Numbered from the stretch's first letter, positions 37,785 through 51,690 are shown. The stretch: 64,000 bases of DNA from Chiloscyllium plagiosum (GCF_004010195.1 NC_057753.1:1576023-1640022), one strand, 5' to 3'. The notes: generated from the sequence alone by a model not told the origin. Made by a program: numbers and translations.

Positions 37785-37923
37785 GCTCTTGCCTCCTTTC
37801 AGGGCGCTGCAGATGTCTCCTGCAAGATTTCATTTGCTGCCTTTCAGGGATTTGCAAGTGTCTCCTGTAAGATTGCACTTGCCGCCTTTCAGTGACATGC
37901 AGGTAGCTCATGTAAGATTACAT
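37785..37923. repeat. 45-bp minisatellite, 3 diverged copies
   Basis: CCTTTCAG recurs at 37795, 37840 and 37885. Confidence 0.85.
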
Positions 37924-38794
37924 AATCTGCTGTGTATATGGATCTTTCTCAAAGGAGCGATGCCAGGTGTTTTGTGGAAGCTAGTTATGTTCGATACATT
38001 AGATTTATTTTGTTAACTCACAGGATGTGGAGCTATTATCTCGGTCAGGCGTTGTTGCTCATTTTAGAGTCATTGCTGTGTGTCTCGTCTCTCATTTAGA
38101 ACGTATAGATCAGTCGAGATATAGGCAGCAGTTTACTTCCTTAAATGGCACTGGTGAATCAGAATTTCTCCCCTGAAAATATTTCATGGTCATTTTAGAC
38201 ATATCAGATTTGTTGTTAAATTGAAATCACACCAACCACCATGGCGGGACTTGAACCAGGAAACCCAGATCATCACCTGCGTCTCTGTAAATTGCAACAT
38301 CATTTTAGGAAGTTTTCATTCTTAGGCTGGTGCAACGGGATATCCCAGAGGTTAAGGTGATGACTGCATACCCCTTTGTACCCCTTTTGATCGAATCAAA
38401 ATCGTACTCCCGTCACCAGTTCAATGAGTGTTTCACTGAATGTTCGTGTAGTATGCTTGCCGAGCGTTTGTAAGAGCTACACGCTTCTTATTGTGAATTT
38501 ATCAGACGACAGAGCATGGAATTGTCAGTTTACCAGTGAAAAATAGAACAAGATCTTGAAACCATAGGGTAAACTTTACCGGAATTTGGATTGATTTGTA
38601 TTAATGAGAAGGGGCAAGCATTTCCCTCGTTTCCTTCCTTCTATCATCGCGCTCTGTGTATTTGAATCCAATGCAAGATGAACAAGAAAGTCCAGGAACA
38701 AGAGAGCAGAAGCATAGGTTTATCATGTGGAATATATTTATTTGTTAATTTTGCCATAGAGTCAGTGAATAAGAAATAGAATCCCTGCAGTTTG

Positions 38795-39075
38795 GTCATG
38801 ATAGTGTGGAAATAGGCCATTCGGTCCATCGAGTCCAAACTGACTCTCGAAAAACATCCCATCCACACCTACACCCTACCCTAATCAATAGCCCTACGCT
38901 TCCAAGGGCCCATCTATTTAATCTGAACATCTTTGGGCTGTGGGTGGAAGCTGGAGTACCTGGAGGACTCCAGCACAGAGACGGGGAGAACATGCAACCT
39001 CCACATGGCCAATCTACTGAGGTTGGAATCAATACCTGATGTTTCCTGGCACTGTCAGATAGCAGTGAAAACCAC
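38795..39075 (-). mobile_element. HE1-like SINE, degenerate
   Basis: GGGTGGAAGCTGGAGTACCTGGAGG...GGGGAGAACATGCAACCTCCACA, similar to 7272-7590. Confidence 0.75.
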
Positions 39076-41524
39076 TAGACTCCTTATCATAGGTTTCATC
39101 CACCCTGCTGAGAAACCAGTGAGATCAAAGGAACTACAGTGATTGGATTTTGATGTTAATCACATCTAGAACTAAGTTGTATTCATTCTGACAGTTGGGA
39201 CTGATTATAATCTACAGATGGGATAGGATTTAATATTGTGACAACCAGTTTGTTGCATTGAACAATATAAAATTCAGTCTATAAACTGAACCTTGAATTT
39301 CCGATCATTGATCATTTTATTTTTCATCCCCACCCCCACTCTGACCTTGGCCTCCTGCAATGCTCCTAGAAAACTGAATGGGAGCTCGATGAACCTTTCA
39401 ATTCAGCACTTTCCAAACTTTCAGATACAACATGGAGTTCACGAATTTCTCCTCCACGGGATAGTTTTCAACATCTGGACCACTTGCCCTGAAAAGACGC
39501 TGGAACCTAATGCTTTGTTTATAGATTGTGCTTGCTTATCCTTCATTTCACACTCAAAAGAAACGGCTCATGTCTCACTCCCCAATGAATCATCAATCTC
39601 TTTCAAATGGTTTGATCCAAGCCTCCACTTAAATTTTGAATTCCAGAGAATATCTTTCTCATAGTATGGTGATGCATTTTAGCAAAGGGGATTGAGACAG
39701 GGAATATATAATTAATTCTATAATACTCAACAATATGCGGGGATTAAGGGATTTCTGTTTCATCTGCATACATCTTTGAAGATAGTGGGATATATTCATA
39801 GTCAGCAAAGCAAATTGGATCTCGAAATTCAAAAATACTGGTATTGAGAGCAAAAAGGAAGCAAGTAATATTGTACGTTAATAAAGCTTTCATTAGGTCA
39901 CATTTCAAGTTCTGTGTCCACTTTTGGTCATCACGTTTTGTCAAGGTTGAGGGTCCACGGGAGCACTCAGAGGAAATTTATCAGAATGACAAACAGGTTG
40001 GAAAGAGATTTGATAGAGTCACAAAATTTATAATATGGTTAAATAAGGTAGAGAATGGCAATACATTCCCTTCAATTGACCGTACACCGATTAGGGATAG
40101 ATCAAAGTTTCTGAGAAAGACAGATGGGGGAAATTATAAGAACATTTTTACACAATTGATGTTGATGTTCTGGGTCTTGCTGCATCTGATGACGTTAGTA
40201 AAAGGACACAGTGATTGATTAAAAATGGAAGTGAAATAGCATTTGAGAGGACGTTCATGCAAGTATAAAATTGTCGACTGAGTGTGATGAATTTTTGCAG
40301 ACAGCAAGTATGAAGTGAATGGGCTGAATGGGCTGCTGCGTTGCTTAAGTTCTCTGATTCCCTGGTATCATCTTCCCTTGTATTCTATAGCTTGAAATAA
40401 GGTGTCACTTGTTCCAAGACTTTTGGGTCATTCATATAAGTGCAGCCCCGAATTGAATACCGCTCTCTCAGCACAGTTTGGTTATCCTAGTGCATTGCCA
40501 ATCTCACAGATTGCTGAAATCTTCTCCCATCGAAAGAACAGACAAACCTAATCCTTACAAATTTAGATGCTCATCTTATTCTGGCCCTGATAAATCGAGC
40601 GCCTCGCTCAGATCTTGATGCAGTGTTTGGTTTGAGCTTCCTGACTGTCATTCCTCTGCTTTCACTATCTTACAGTATGGAAAATCCATCATTATCAGTC
40701 CGGAGCAGAAATTCATAGGAGGCAAACATTTGTACTGATATGAGTTTGCTGAATATAAATCCTCCCCAAGTGACACTTTGAGAAATCAAGGATGGACATG
40801 ATGTGTATGTGTCCCATGGGACCTTGCCTCAAATAAGGCTTTTCGAATTTGGTGTCTGCGGTTCCTCTTTATTAATAATCTGTGACGCTTCCTAGCCTAC
40901 TTTGTAGACTTCCCACTCAGTTTTTCATTATCTGAGTCATTAATCTTTTCACTGTACTAATTTGAGTATCTGTGGCAATAACGGAATCCTAATTTTAATT
41001 AATTAGTAAGCTTTGCATTGTGCGGAAGGAGAGAGACACAGTCTGAATGAAAGAAACAGTTTGGTGAACTTGGAAGCAGTATGTGAATTATTTTGGGACA
41101 TTGTTGGTAAGGTCCTTTAGTTGAAACCCAGTGTCAGTAGAAAAAAATGACATTGACACGACCGCGTACGTTCAATGATGACATATCATAGGTTGCTTGA
41201 CGATTGAAGGTAAATAGGGGAAATATTTGCAGACTGCTATGAAATTTATAAAAATCAAAATATGGACTAAATAATTAAAAGAAATATGACAGGGTGGGCG
41301 ATATGTGGTAACCACATGTTGTGGCAAGTGGTGCACCACATTCTGGTTCATAGTGACCTCATCTGTGGCAAGTGTTAGTCTTTTGAGGCCTTGCGGCTGG
41401 ACGAGCTGGAGTTTGAGCTTCAAACACTGTGACGCATCAGGGATGTGGCGAGTTACTTGGATGTTGACTTTCAGGAGGCAGTCATACCCCTTGGATTAGT
41501 GACCTTGAATTTGGTCAGGGGTTT

Positions 41525-41925
41525 TCTCTGGAGGTATGGAGGTTAACAGGTGACCTTATTACGTTTATAAAATCATGAGGGTATAGATAGCGTTAATAGT
41601 ATTTTTCCTTTCCTCAGCATGGAGTGATTTTAAGACAACTGGTGATATCTGCAAGTTTAGAGAAGAGAGATTTAGAAAAGGTACGAGGAGCAATCTTTTT
41701 AATGAAGAGCGTGGTTCTTGTGTACATAAACTTACAGAGGACGCGATGGATGTGAAAGCAATTAGAATGTTTAAAAGACACTCAGATATGTACACAAGTA
41801 AGAATGGTTTGGAAAGATATGGGTCAGGGGAAGGCCGGTGGAAGTGGTTTAGTTTGGGATTGTGTTCGGCGTGGAATAGTTCAACCAAAAGGTCTGTTTC
41901 CATGCTGTATGACTCGATGACATTA
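41525..41925 (+). mobile_element. CR1 LINE 3' fragment
   Basis: GGTGACCTTATTACGTTTATAAAATCATGAGG...TCTGTTTCCATGCTGTATGACTCGATGAC. Confidence 0.75.
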
Positions 41926-42352
41926 TGTTAGAATTGAGTGACTATTAATGAGGCAGGAGGAGAGATCCGGGAGTGATTGCTGTCGGGAAGAAAACACATT
42001 TGTTTCCAGTTTAGTCTAGGGTCTCAAACTCTTCTTGTGATGAATTCCATATTTTCAGCCCTCCCTGGTTAACACATGCAGGTGCTGTCAAACTGCTGGA
42101 ATATGCAACCAACGTTTTGGAGTGAGGTGCATTTTACATTACATGACGTTGCCGTTTCAGTACCCAGATCTGAAACGTTGGCTTCGTTTCTCATCTATAG
42201 ACATAAGCATTCACATTTGCTAGGATGGATGCCGAAACGATGCTTGCAGACAGACGAGAACTCTGAGAGACCATTTAGATATGAGGATGCTCCTATTTCA
42301 GTTGAGGTTGAAAGAAATAAATGGCGATAAGATCATTGAATATTTGTTATCT

Positions 42353-42977
42353 TGTGACAGTGCTGTGGATTTGAAAGGTTATTTTGTCCTTTTCTTTTAA
42401 GAAAGTTTGAATGAGAGGTGGAGAGCGGTGTGTAAGAAAGTAAACAGCATTTTTGCGTTTTTTTGGAGTTTGAACAATGGAAGCAGCCTGGCTGGGTGGG
42501 CCAGAAATCCAGACAAGGTTTTTTTCCTTTTTAGTTTTTAGTTTTAGCTATAAGGAGTGGATGCTGTGGGCTTGTAGAGCTAGAGTCTATCTTTTCCCTC
42601 TCTATTACCGCTGGAAGGTGGAGTTTCTGTCTGCTTCTGGTTTACCTGTGAGACAAATCTATTTTCCTGAATTTTCCTTTCTGCCAAGGGATGTGTTTAT
42701 GGGGTCTTCCTATAATGGAATAGTTAATTCGTAATAATTGCTGCATCTATTATTGTGGTACGTTTTCCAACAGAGTTCTTATTCTAAGTTCTCCTTTCTT
42801 TCGTTTGTGTTCTAACACTAGTGTTTAAACAAACTATGTTTTGCTCAAGGTCAAGTAGTTTGATCAATTGCATTGCATCTGGAATACAGCACTTCACATT
42901 TGCCTTAAAATAAAATAAAAACGATCGAGGCGACCTTCTTAAATATTTTTTTAGAATGTCTGGTGTCGTCCATAACA
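42353..42977 (+). mobile_element. Solo LTR (625 bp)
   Basis: TGTGACA...CATAACA termini; the empty site is visible in the paralogous units (~6945, ~50945). Confidence 0.8.
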
Positions 42978-43046
42978 ATGGTGCAACCAAGGTAAGTTTC
43001 TGGTTAACAAGGGAGTTAACAATTGTTGTGTAGGCTTGAATGGATA

Positions 43047-43620
43047 TTCACATGAGCCATAACCTTAGAGTCATAAAGTCAGAGTCTTCAAGCACAGAAG
43101 CAGACAGTTCAGTCATGCACGTTCATAGCGACCAGACATCCTAAATTAATCTAGTCCCATTTCTGATGCTCCAAACTCTTCCTATTCATGGACCTATCCT
43201 GCTGTCATTTAAATGCTGTAATTATACCAGCCTGTACCTCATCCTCTGCCAGCTCACTTCATACACACAGCGATTTTTTCATGAATAAGTAGCCTCACAG
43301 TTCCCTTAAAATGTTATTCCTTTCCCCTTAATCGACATCTTCTTGTTTTGGACTCCACTGCCCGCGGGAAGAAAAAAGATCTTAGCTTTTCACACTAATT
43401 ATTCTCCTAATGATTTTATAAACCTCTCTCAGCTTACTCCTCAACCTCCGACGCTCCAGTGAAAATAGCCCCAGGTATTCACTCTCTCCCGAGCTCAAAC
43501 ATACCAACTCTGTCAACATCCTTGTAAATCTTTCCTGCTTTCAAGTTTAGCAACGTATTTTGTCCCGCAGGGAGACCAGAACTGAACACAGTGTTCCAAA
43601 AGTAGCCTGACCAGTCTTGT
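43047..43620 (-). mobile_element. CR1/HER1 LINE 3' end, paralogous to 7045-7930 and 51050-51690
   Basis: Same reverse tail and body at the same unit position. Confidence 0.75.
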
Positions 43621-45369
43621 TGAACAGCACATTCCAGATCTGTATTCTAATGTTTATATTCATGGTAATATTGGAGCTAGTCACTCGGGTGTGAGCAGAT
43701 AAATTAGACGTTGAAATGAAACATTACACTTTGGACTGAAGTCAGTGAGGTCTTCGATGTGTGCTTGAGAAAACGTTACCAAATTGCTCCTTGTAAGCAA
43801 CTCAGTGCCAGGAAGAGAGCCAGAGAATATGCGAGAAAAGTGATTGAGTTCAAGTTAGTTCAGGGGTGGGAGAAAGAAGTCTTGCAGGTATAGAGAAACT
43901 GGAGGTGGGATTTGAAGATGTGTTAATATTGGTTTAAGCTGAAAACCCCAAATAAATCCGCCCTGGACCTATGTTTCTTGTCCAGGATTATTTCTTCCTG
44001 GCATTCCTCAAGCTCCTAATGCTGCTGTTAATTTTTCGTTGACAGTTAATGAAGATTTAATATTATTTGCTAGGAACTCAGATGAAAATGACTGAAGTGA
44101 TTAAATTGAAATTACAATTAAATTCCAACAGATAAAGAACTTGATAATTAATGACATTTCTGAAAACACGAATGCCTGATCACAAATGGAAATCCATAAG
44201 TGAATTAAGAATGAATATCAGTCAGTCTGTTGGGATTGCAAAACTAAAAAAAAGCATGGATATTTAAAAATTGAAATACTTGCAGTAAATGCTGGAGACG
44301 CTCAATGTCATCGATGGAATTAGCTGAGAAAGAAATTGGTTGACGATTCAGGGCTGTGAGCATGTGAAAGGGGGTAGGTGGTGGGTGTGGGCTAGAGGTG
44401 TGAAGGTGAGCAAAAGGGAAAGTCTGAGGTAGGGTGGATTGTCGGAGAAATCAAGTGACGGAAGGTTTCACGTTGTGAAACCAATGGGAGCAGTAAAGGC
44501 ACAAAAGGTGTGTCTGCATGAGGTGTGAATAGACACTTCAATGTGAAGAAAATCACAGAAAAACGAGAACAGAAAACAAAGTCAGAGAAAAGCACTAGAT
44601 AAAATGAGACAGAAATCAAATCACACAATTCTTGAGCTTAGAAATCTCAAGGCTGAAAAGTGCCTCTCGTTACTCCCTATTTCAGATGAAAGTCACACAC
44701 CCACCAACTTTATTTATTCCCTCTGCAAGACGATAGCTTGGCTCAGAAAGAGACTTCTTCCCACTCGCCTCCCTGGCGAGACAGATTGACTTTGGACTGT
44801 TCCAACTCTGTGCAGCGCTGGGTGAAGAGTCTGGAAGCTGTTAGCTGTTAGTCTGTATGTTTCTACAAATTCATTACTGGATGACAGTCAAATCAGAGTG
44901 TCATGTGACTTGGAACTTTTGTCATTCGCATACACCTGCTATGCTTGTCCTTCTACATGGTAGGGGTGCAGGGTGTTGGGGGTGTGAATTTCGGGATTCT
45001 GTCCAACTCTGGTCCAGGTATAGACCATTCTTGCCTCTCCCAACTCACCATCTCATCCCATTGTTTGCAAGTGCTGACTGGTTCCCTCCTTGAAATACAT
45101 TCTTGAATTAGTTTCTTACGTAATGACAATCCAGCAGCTTGTCCTCTCGTGGCTTCCCCAAACACAACCAGATTCATTCCCCTCGATTTAGCAGCTAGCT
45201 TGTATTTTAATGGGTTCTCTATCACTGATTTTGTTTCCTTCTACAAGATGTCAGGTTCACAGAAAATTCGAGAGGGTGGACTTTCAGTCTGGAAATTCGT
45301 TGCAAACGTTGTGTCACAGCAGAATCACTTGTAGGTTCTCTCTTTATTGGAGTAAAATGTTGTAATGTA

Positions 45370-45900
45370 AGGGAATCAGCAAAAATAATGCCACTGTTCA
45401 AGAAAAGCGGTAGAGTAAAGGCAAGTTAATGCAGGCCTGTTAGCCTAATTGATGGGAAGGACCCTGTGAAACTTAGAAGTGTTCAGAAAGGTTTGCAAAA
45501 ATCTTGCCAGGGTTGGAGGATTTGAGCTTCAAAGAGAGGCTGAATAGGTTGGGGCTGTACTTAAAAGGCATCTGCATGAGAACATGAATAAAAAAATGTT
45601 CAGACGGATTATAGGCCAAATCCTCACAAGTGGGACAAGAGTAATTTGCGATATCTTGTTGGCATTAACGTGTGTTTTCATGCTGTCCATCTCTACTGAG
45701 ATATCTGGATAGAAGTTGTTCCATTGGGCAGATGCAGCATTGGTTCATGAAAGTTGGGCCATGTTTAACTAATATAATGGAATTCTTTCAGGATATTACA
45801 AGCGCGATGGACAACGGGGAACCGGTGGTTGTGGTGTAAATGGATGTCGAGAAGGCATTCAACAAAGTACTGAAGAAAAGGCTGATTCGTAATATAAAGA
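45370..45900 (+). mobile_element. Patchwork of CR1 fragments replacing the GPCR gene in this unit
   Basis: PLFKKSGRVKAS..RPVSL-like RT piece, then a 3'-end piece (45465-45700), then a further RT piece (FFQDITSAMDNGEPV). Confidence 0.7.
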
Positions 45901-46721
45901 TTTGTAAAGCGAAAACAACTAGTTGTGAATATTTACATTCAGTGTTGAAAGTTCCCATTGAGTCCAGAGCACAACTGCATTCAGTGCACACAGTTTCAAT
46001 TCTGTGCCATAACTTTCATCATAAATGGCATCGATCGAGAACACATATCTTCATTTTGCCAGGTCCATCTCCAGGTCAGCAGCATAACCTTAGGCTGTTG
46101 TCTAAGACTGTAACACGTTGAAGAGCAGGTGAGGCAGAAAGTGGTAAAGTGGCAAGGGTTGCATTTTCTGCATTTGCAAAATGTCCTCGAGTAGGAAGCT
46201 GTTGGTTTAGGTGAGTGCATGAAATGTACTGGAAAAGATCTGAGGACAGAGCTTGGGAAGTACTGAAATAAATGACATTCCAAAATGTAGGGGTGACCTG
46301 TGCCTTCTTATAACAAAATTATCCATGTTTACTGACAGAAAATGACCGACAAACAAAGAAAGGCAGCCTGCCCGAGCATTGAAACACAAGATGGAACTCT
46401 TAGGAGCAAAAAAAAGTGATAGCTGCCAAAGAGGTAGATAGGAGTTTGAAAATTCTCGAAGAAAAAGAAAAACAATGAATAGAAGCAGCAGACACAGTCG
46501 GGAGAATAACAGAAAAGAACTTGGGAAATGGACGTTGGAATTCAGACCTGTTCATTCTGCAGATTGCCTGTTTTTTAAAAAAGAAACAAGACAAGCTGCA
46601 ATGTTGTAAAGTATGTGCGTGTGTGTGTGAGAGAGAGACAGAGCGAGAGGAAAACCGACTGTATGCTTGTTCCCTGAACCTTGAGGAAGGGTTAACTCTT
46701 TGTGGTCTTATGTGACTGGAG

Positions 46722-47140
46722 TGTATTTTCCTGGAATGTTGGAGGGTGAGGGCTGACATTACAGAGGTTTATAAAATCATGAGGGGCATGGATGGGATGA
46801 ACAGACAAAGTCTCTTCCCTGCAACGGGAGAGTCCAGAACTAGATGGCATAGGTTTTGGGAGAGAAGGGAAAGATATAAAAGAGACCTATGGGGCAACTT
46901 TTTCACGCAGAGGGTTGTGTGCGTATGGAATAAGCTGCCAGAGGAAGTGGTGGAGACAAGTACGATTGCAACATTTAAAAGGCATCTGGATGGGTATATG
47001 AATAGGAAATATTTGGAGGGATTTGGGGCGGGTGCTGGCAGGTGGGACTAAATTTGGTTGGAATATCTGATCGGCATGGACGACTTGGACCGAAGGGTCT
47101 GTCTCTGTGCTGTACACTTGTATGACTCTATGACTGTCTA
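46722..47140 (+). mobile_element. CR1/HER1 LINE 3' end
   Basis: ORF 46746-47051 (ADITEVYKIMRGMD...GAGRWD) with its tail. Confidence 0.88.
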
Positions 47141-49490
47141 TAGAGAGTTCTATTCGGGAAGAGGCTAAACCCAACCTACTCTTGGTAAATAAGGCAGGAT
47201 AGGTGACTGAGGTGACATTGGGGCAGCACTTTGGAACCAGTTCTATTAATTTTGAAACAGTTATGCAGAAAGACAACAGTGATCAACAGGTTCAAGTTCT
47301 AAATTGGGGCAAGGCAAATTTTTGATGAAATTATACAGGAGCTTGCAGCAGTTGATAAGAGTAGCTTCTTGCATGGAAAGTGGGAGATCTTTTAAAGTGA
47401 AACTTCTGGAGATCAAGATCTATATGTTTCAGTGAAGAGTACGTTTGTCAGGAATAGAGATCCATGGATGACACGTAATATTGAGGCTTTGACCAGAACA
47501 AAAAAGGAGGTGTGGCTCAAATGTAGTCTGCTGGGATTAGGGAATTTATATAGGGGATGTGGGAGTTTACTGAAGAAGGAGATCAATAGGGAGAAAAGGG
47601 GCACGAGATAACATTAACTGAAAAGATTTTGGTGAATCCAAAGAGGTTCTTTAAGTATTTTAATGGATAAAGAATAACTATAGAGAGAATAGGACCCGTC
47701 AAATACCCAGTGGGCACGTTTGTGCCGAACCACAGGAGATAGGCAAGAATATTGGATATTCCTCAATGAATATATCTCATCTGACTTTAACGTGGAGAAT
47801 GACTTGAAGATTTGAAGACTTGGGAAGTTAGTGATGACACCTTGGTGACAGTCCATATTACATTAGAGGAGGTGCAGGATGTATTAGAATATATGAAGTT
47901 GGATAAATTTCTGGCTCCTCACTAAATAAATCCAAAACCCCTGCATCAGGTTAGAAATAAAAGTGCGGTTCCCCTGGCTGATATTTTTGCGTCATCATTA
48001 ACCACAACTGAGGTCCTGGAAGACTGGAGGTTAGCGAATGTTCTGCCCTTATCCAAGAACGGTTGCAAAGTAAAACCTCAGAACGACAGACTAGTAGGGG
48101 TAACATCTGTGGTAGGTAAGTTACTTGACAACATTCTGAGAGAAAAGAAACATATCCATTTGGAAAGAGATGGATTGATTAAAAGTCATCAGCTTGGCTT
48201 TGTGCATGAAAGATCATGTCTCACAAATTTCTTAAACTTCTTTGATGGAATGATGAAAGGGCCGTGAGGTGGATGTAGTCTATATGTATTTCAGTAAGGC
48301 CTTTGAAGATTTTCGACATGGTAGGTTGCTCTGGAAGATTAGATCTCATGGAATCCAGGGCAAGGTGAATAATTAGTTCCACAATTGTCTTGATGGTAGG
48401 AAGTAGGTAGTAATAGTGGAAAGACGCTTGTCAGACTGGAGGCCTGTGGGTAGTGGAGTGCCTCAGGGGTTCGGTGCTGGGCCCATTGCTATTTACTACA
48501 TATATCAATGATTTGGATGAGAATGTAGAAGACATGATTAGTAAGTTTGCAGCTGACACTAAAATAGGTGATCTCTTGGACAGTGAGCAAGATTATGAGA
48601 CATTATAGCAGGACTTTGATCAGCTGGGGAAGTTTGCCGAGAAATGGTAATTATCGTTTAACACAGGTAAGAATGAGGTATTACATATTGGAAAGTCAAA
48701 TCAACGTAGGAGATTCGTGGTGAATGAGACGGCCTTTAGGAGTGTAGTGGAGCATATGGACTTTGGAGTTCATGTGCAGAGTTATCTGAAAGTGGAATCA
48801 CAGTTTGACAGGGCAGTGAAGAAGGCTTTTGGCACGGTGACCTTCACCAGCCAGGACATTGAGTATCAGAGTTGAGAAGTTATGTTGCAGTTGCATAGGA
48901 CGTTTGTGAGGCCGCACTTGGAGCATTGTGTTCAGTTTTGGTCACCTTGCTATCGGAAGGAAGTTCTTAAATTGTAAAGATTGCAGAAGAAATCTATAAG
49001 GATAATTCCAGGCTGAAGGGTCTGAGTTATTGCGAGATGTTAGACAACCTAGGAGTTTGTCATTTAGTGTGTAGAAGACTGAGGGGGTGTTATCGAAGTT
49101 TATAACATCATGAGACACATGGATAGGGTAAATGCATCAACCTGTTTTCGCAGTGTTGGATAATTGAGGAGAAGAGGGCATCAGTTTAAGATTAGAGTGG
49201 AAAGAATGAAAGGGAACCTGATTGGCAACTTTTTTGCATGAAGAGTGGTATGCATATTGAATGAATTGCCCTCGGATGTGGTTGAGGTAGGTCCGTTTAC
49301 AAGATTTAAAAAGTATTTGGACAAATACATGGTTAGGAAAGGTGTAGAAGGATGGGGACCAAGTGCAGGGAAATGCAATTGGTGCGTGTTACAACGTTTT
49401 GGGCATTTTGGTCGGCATGGACCAGTTTGGGACGAACGGTCTATCTTTGTTCTGCAGGACTCTATGACTCTATAATTCTATAATTCTAAG
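47141..49490 (+). mobile_element. Long degenerate CR1 LINE ORF2 (end of endonuclease, RT, 3' end)
   Basis: PEDWRLANV, GFVHERSCLTN, SGVPQG, FAADTKIG and LEHCVQFWSP motifs with many stops; tail at ~49460-49490. Confidence 0.9.
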
Positions 49491-49744
49491 CTTGCATGGT
49501 CAGGAAAGACGGCAACACAGCCATAAGTTAAAAAGTGCAGGGAATTTGGAAAAAATGTGGAAACTGAATGTAGAACAGAAGAGGTACATTTTGCTCTTAT
49601 TTTTAAAGCTCATAGTTTGTAAGATCTTTCCAACAAAATAAATTGAAACCCAGGATCAGGGTTACAACACAAAAGAGTAACATCAAAACCAATTCATAAT
49701 TTCATTGGTTGGTGACAACTCCTAATTTGATTATCTCTTATCAT

Positions 49745-50015
49745 CCTGTAGAATCCATAGAATCACTACAGTGTGAACAGGCCCTTCAGCCCAAAAAGCC
49801 CACACCGATACTCCACAGAATTACCCACCCAAACCTATTGTCCTGCACCATTGATGTACATTTATCTCTGACCTTTGCACCTCACCTACACATCCCTGAA
49901 CATTACGAGCCAATTCACTAATCTGGATTGTGGGTGGAAACTTCAGAACCCAGAGGAAGCCCTCTCAAACATGGGGACAATATGGAAACTCCACACAGAC
50001 AGTCGCCTGAGGCTG
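49745..50015 (-). mobile_element. HE1-like SINE, degenerate
   Basis: CAGGCCCTTCAGCCC...AAACTCCACACAGACAGTCGCCTGAGG. Confidence 0.75.
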
Positions 50016-51049
50016 GAAGTTACTTTCAGATTGAATATAAGTAAGGGAAATAGTTGCATGGGGATACGAAATTGCTAAACATCGAGGTAAGAACAGTATA
50101 CTTAAATGGAGTGATGACAGGCAGACGGATATGGGATAACTGCATAATGTGGGAACTGATGAAGTCCATTTTTGTTCATAGTGTCAATCTGTAGTAAGCC
50201 AAAACCGAACGAATGTAACTCAGAGACAAAATAGAAATTACTGCAAATATTCAGCAGATCTGAAAGCAACTGTGGAGAGAAATCAGGGATTTTATTCCAG
50301 ATTGAGCTACCCATCTCAGAACTGATAGCTTTGAATAATCTCCACAGTACTGCGAAAGCTGCTCAGCTGCAGCAGCAAATATTTGAGGTACTCCCACTCA
50401 TATCTGATGAGCTCCACTCTGAACCCTGAACACTGCAACGTATCAGGGACGTGGAGAGTTACCTGGACATCGAATTTTATGAGGTGGTCATACCCTCTAG
50501 ATTAACCACGTTGAATTCGATTAGGGACAGGAGGGTATGACTATGAGCGTGGTCGGTAGAGGGATCCAGGAAGCAGTGTGCTGAAGGAAAGAAAAGCCAC
50601 GTATTTCTAACGTAATTTTAATTCTGATAAATTGTGATACGTTCCACACTTTTAACAACTCTTCAATTAAAAAAGCAAGTGCTATCAATCTGAAAAAAAT
50701 AAATGCCAGACTATTAAGCAAGCTTCTGTGGGGGGAGAATTATAGTTTACATTGTGTGACATCTTTCTGTACACAGAGTTATGTCTCATCCAGAAACATT
50801 AGCAATCATACTTGCCAATGTGGATGCTGAAAATATGATTGACAGAAGACGAGAACCCGGAGATACTGCTTAAATATAAGGGGGCTCCCATTTAATAGGG
50901 TGATGAAGGACATAAAGCGGATGCATGTTCATTGAATAGTTGTTCATGGTACAGCTAAATAATTTCCTGGTGAGCAGGGGAGTGAACAATTGTTGGAATA
51001 GGCATGAATGTGGTGTTGATGTTCTCCTCAGATCAGTCGTGACCTCAGC

Positions 51050-51690
51050 GTCATTGAGTTGTACAGCACGGGAAACAGAACCTCAGTCTAACTCGTCCAT
51101 GCCGATCAGATATCCTAAATTAACCTACTCCCATTTTCCAACATTTTGCCCATATCCCTCTAAATCATTCTCATTTAGGTATCCATACAAATGCCTTTTA
51201 AATATTGTAACTCTACCAGCCTCCATGACTTTGTCTTGCAGTTCATTTCGCACATGCATCACTCTCTGTGAAATAAGTGCCCGTTAGGTCCCTTACATAT
51301 CTTGCCCTCTACCTACGCCTTTAGTTTTGGACTCCCCTACCCTGGTCAAAAACTACCTTGGCTATTTATCCTATCTATGACCTTCATGATTGTATAAACC
51401 ACTATAAGGTCACCTCTGAGACTCCGACGCTCCGGGGAAATAACTCCAGCCTGTTCACCCTCTCCCTTTAACTCAAACCCTCCAGCCTTGGCAACATTCA
51501 TGTAAATCATTTCTACAAGCTACGGGGAGAATGCGGATAAGTGGAGTTGAAATGCCCATCAGCCATGATTGAATGGCGGAGTGGACTCGATGGGCCGAAT
51601 GGCCTTACTTCCGCTCCTATGTCTTATGGTCTTAAGTTTAATAACGTTTTACCTAGTGAAAAGAGGTTCCAACACACTGCTCCAAAAGTG
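51050..51690 (-). mobile_element. CR1/HER1 LINE 3' end with a nested short + strand CR1 tail (~51518-51633)
   Basis: Reverse CR1 body, with inserted ...GATGGGCCGAATGGCCTTACTTCCGCTCCTATGTCTTATGGTCTT. Confidence 0.75.
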
